Shown here in pieces: positions 29,752 to 32,000 of a DNA stretch of 32,000 nt; position 1 is the first letter of the stretch; every line of letters begins with the position of its first letter. Both the position numbers and the translations under genes were made by a program. Source of the DNA: Opitutales bacterium (GTDB lineage Bacteria; Verrucomicrobiota; Verrucomicrobiia; Opitutales; PNEW01); contig CBDCNV010000001.1 in assembly GCA_965219535.1 (NCBI GenBank), positions 2,100,001-2,132,000 on the forward strand. Reading direction: 5' to 3'. A model generated the notes under the pieces. It saw nothing but the letters and a program-made list of their open reading frames with translations. It had not been told where the DNA came from and searched no databases.

Positions 29752-31038
29752 TGGTCGGGTTACACAAACTGGTCCACTGAGAGAGTTAGTCTGGAGAGGT
29801 TAATGTTGAAGTTAAGTTGGTAGAGGAAGTCAAGGCTTGGGCGCAATGAGGGCGTAGCCCGAATGGAGCCCGAGCCTTCGGTATTGAGGTTTTGAGCGAA
29901 ACGTTGTGGAGTAATATTGCCGAGGCTGCGGTGGGGTCGAACATGATTGTAAAGCCAGCGCCAATCTTCGATCACCACGCGGGCTTCGGTCAAAGTCCAC
30001 AGCTGTTCACGATTTAGACACTCCTCGCGAAAACGGGCATGGAACGATTCGATGTATCCGTTCTGCCAAGGGCTTCCTGGTTCGATATAGAGGGTATTGA
30101 TTTTCATCGCAGTTAGCCAAGTTCGCAATTCCTTTTCAATAAACTCGGAACCGTTATCGCTGCGAATATATTTTGGCGGCCCATGAGGGTCGAGCAGTTT
30201 TTGCATGACCCCGCGCACCTTCTGTGCATTGATATGGCGATCGACATGGATCACCCGGCACTCGCGGGTGTACTCGTCAAGGACGGTGAGCATTTTGAGA
30301 TTCCCACCGCGGACCGTCTTATCGTGGATAAAGTCCCAGGTCCAAACATGGTCGGGATGTTCGGCCTTCGTCGGCAGCCCGGTGGAGACACCCCTGCGCC
30401 GGCGTCTTGGCTTGCGTGGGGGAATCGCCAGGCCCAGTTCACGTCGCAGACCTTGCACGAGCCGTTTACCCACCTGCCAGCCTTCGTCCTTCAACAGCTT
30501 CGTGATCTTCGGATAGCCCCACCTCGCGTATTGCCGTGATAACCGCCTTACTGCCGCCTTCAGTTTCGTTAGCCAGGCATCAGGATACTTCGCCCGATAC
30601 GCATAGGTGGAGCGGTGCAGGTGAAAGTATCGGCACGCTCCACGTATCGAACACTGGCCCCGGGCCACAAGTCTCTCTGCCACTTGCCGCTTGTGCCCAG
30701 GGCTTACAGTTTTTTTTCGAGCGTCTCCTGCACAATCTCTATCCCCAGCAGCTTGTCCGCCAGCATCCGCTTTAACCGCGCGTTCTCCTTCAAAGAGTTC
30801 CTTCATCCGCTTGGCCTGGTTGACATCAATCATCCCAAGTTCACGTTTCCAGCGGTGGAAGGTCTGTTCGCTTATGTTGTTCTCGCGGCATACTTCCAGG
30901 ATCGTTTTCCCTTTGTCTGCCTGCCGCAGCATCCGTATCTTCTCTTCGGTTGTATATCTTTTGCCTTTCATTGTCTGAGTCCTTTCTAGGTGTCCCAGAC
31001 TAACTTTTCTAGTGGACCAGTTTTCGTGGTCACGACCA
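29752..31038 (-). mobile_element. IS3-family element type A, copy 3, full length (1287 bp), with a single fused transposase ORF
   Basis: The termini are TGGTCGGGTTACACAAACTGGTCCACTGAGAGAGTTAGTCTGG (29752) and, in reverse complement at 31038, TGGTCGTGACCACGAAAACTGGTCCACTAGAAAAGTTAGTCTGGG. The flanks (ggtat / cattc) are not duplicated. Confidence 0.9.
29760..30971 (-). CDS. IS3-family transposase, genomically fused OrfA-OrfB (403 aa)
   Basis: An N-terminal HTH identical in type to the OrfA at 19166-19432, followed by a DDE core (VWTWDFIHD, IRSDNGSEF, PWQNGYIESFHARFREE). The leucine-zipper segment is read out of frame (FEGERAVKADAGGQAAGDRDCAGDARKK). Confidence 0.85.
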   Translation of the reverse strand: MKGKRYTTEEKIRMLRQADKGKTILEVCRENNISEQTFHRWKRELGMIDVNQAKRMKELFEGERAVKADAGGQAAGDRDCAGDARKKTVSPGHKRQVAERLVARGQCSIRGACRYFHLHRSTYAYRAKYPDAWLTKLKAAVRRLSRQYARWGYPKITKLLKDEGWQVGKRLVQGLRRELGLAIPPRKPRRRRRGVSTGLPTKAEHPDHVWTWDFIHDKTVRGGNLKMLTVLDEYTRECRVIHVDRHINAQKVRGVMQKLLDPHGPPKYIRSDNGSEFIEKELRTWLTAMKINTLYIEPGSPWQNGYIESFHARFREECLNREQLWTLTEARVVIEDWRWLYNHVRPHRSLGNITPQRFAQNLNTEGSGSIRATPSLRPSLDFLYQLNFNINLSRLTLSVDQFV

Positions 31039-31062
31039 CATTCTAAAGAGAGAGAAAGAGAA

Positions 31063-31419
31063 ATGAAATACGCAATTATAGATAATCAAAACAAAGTGCT
31101 TAACGTGATCGAGCTGGAGAGACCAGAAGATTACGTGAGTGAACATACTTTAGTCCGTGCGGATAATTTAATCATTTCAAAAAGCGATTCCTATGACTCG
31201 GTAAAATCTGAATTTAAAAGAGCGCCCGTTGACTCTTCAGCTGAGCAAAACAGACAGGCCAAAGAGGATATTAAAATCACAGACCAACAAGCGGCCCAAA
31301 CACTCGATAGCTTTATAAAGTTTTTAACTACTAAGGAAATCATCACTCAAAGCGAACTACCCTCTGAAATTGCCGAATGGCAAAATAAACGAGCATCAGC
31401 CCTTCAGACGGTAGAATGA
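31063..31419 (+). CDS. hypothetical protein (118 aa from the ATG at 31063)
   Basis: The track ORF 31012-31419 begins inside the IS terminus. The first ATG outside it is at 31063, preceded by a purine-rich stretch AAAGAGAGAGAAAGAGAA. No recognisable motif. Confidence 0.5.
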   Translation: MKYAIIDNQNKVLNVIELERPEDYVSEHTLVRADNLIISKSDSYDSVKSEFKRAPVDSSAEQNRQAKEDIKITDQQAAQTLDSFIKFLTTKEIITQSELPSEIAEWQNKRASALQTVE

Positions 31420-31422
31420 TAA

Positions 31423-32000
31423 ATGCTGGTAACGACCGAGAGTTTTAACGGCGAAACGCTGCATCTGATCCTCCTCGAGCCCACCTGGGACCGTGGAATC
31501 CAGATTGAGCACAGGCATCAGACTTTTTTAGATGAGGGTTTGTCCGGGCGAGAGAGTCGCAGCCAGGCGAGCGGTACCATACGGCTGACAGAAACCTGCA
31601 GCTATATCCTGGAAGCATCTGAGGGTGAGAGCCTACGCGTTCATCTAGCGAGTCTCGGTGATGATCGAGTGGCCATCCCCTTATGGCCAGATGCGTTGGT
31701 TGAAGATCCGTTTAATAATATACGTGTCTACCAGGGAGAGGTTGTGGTGAACTATGACGATGCCGGTCAAGCCATTCATTTTAACAGCGCTCTACCATCG
31801 CCACTGCCATTCACAAAGATTGCACCGCTTCTGATCGGACGATTGAGGGATCGACCGCGCATCGAGGCGCTGACGGATAACAAATGTCGTGTGACTATTT
31901 CTGTCATCGAGGAGGGTCCCTGGGCATACCGTATTTCACCTCGTGATCCTGGTGTCGGCGCAAATTGGCCAGCACTGCTCGAACCTAATTGGGCAAAAGT
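31423..32000 (+). CDS. hypothetical protein, partial (at least 192 aa, runs off the right edge)
   Basis: The ATG at 31423 lies 3 nt after the previous stop. The frame is open to the window end (MLVTTESFNGETLHLILLEPTWDRGIQIEH...GRESRSQASGTIRL...). It is absent from the ORF track because no stop falls inside the window. Confidence 0.6.
   Translation, partial: MLVTTESFNGETLHLILLEPTWDRGIQIEHRHQTFLDEGLSGRESRSQASGTIRLTETCSYILEASEGESLRVHLASLGDDRVAIPLWPDALVEDPFNNIRVYQGEVVVNYDDAGQAIHFNSALPSPLPFTKIAPLLIGRLRDRPRIEALTDNKCRVTISVIEEGPWAYRISPRDPGVGANWPALLEPNWAK

Noticed and set aside
1-32000. Search for CRISPR arrays, rRNA, retron/DGR components (a reverse transcriptase) and cyclic-nucleotide signalling genes.
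   Set aside because: No regularly spaced short direct repeats were seen. All longer repeats are accounted for by IS copies and the palindromic element. No ORF shows reverse transcriptase, cyclase or Cas motifs.

Overview
The window has two parts. Positions 1-15085 are ordinary chromosomal backbone: coaE, a long NagB-LmbE fusion, radC, glpK, a 588-aa unknown, hisF and sucA-sucB-lpdA. This part ends at a tRNA-Ser(UGA) gene (14998-15085). From about 15.1 kb to the right edge the sequence is an accessory mosaic with shifting base composition. In order it holds an AT-rich type II restriction-modification pair, a translationally coupled TIR-domain plus Cys-rich two-gene cassette followed by a GC-rich hairpin-dense non-coding stretch, and a ferritin gene. 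It also holds at least four related IS3-family elements in eight full or partial copies, none with target-site duplications. Many gene wrecks sit between the IS pieces: L,D-transpeptidase, S8 protease, a CN-hydrolase fusion, a P4-like integrase and a UvrD-like helicase. The mosaic also contains a tRNA-His 3' fragment, one intact orphan 256-aa ORF, and two unassigned ORFs at the right edge. I found no CRISPR array, rRNA, reverse transcriptase or cyclase. The best candidate for something undescribed is the TIR + zinc-ribbon-like pair (17750-18682) with its adjacent structured region. It lacks every partner that defines known TIR-based systems. That reading is inference from motifs and context only, and the cassette may be the remnant of a larger system removed by IS-mediated deletion. 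I cannot assign taxonomy from the sequence alone.
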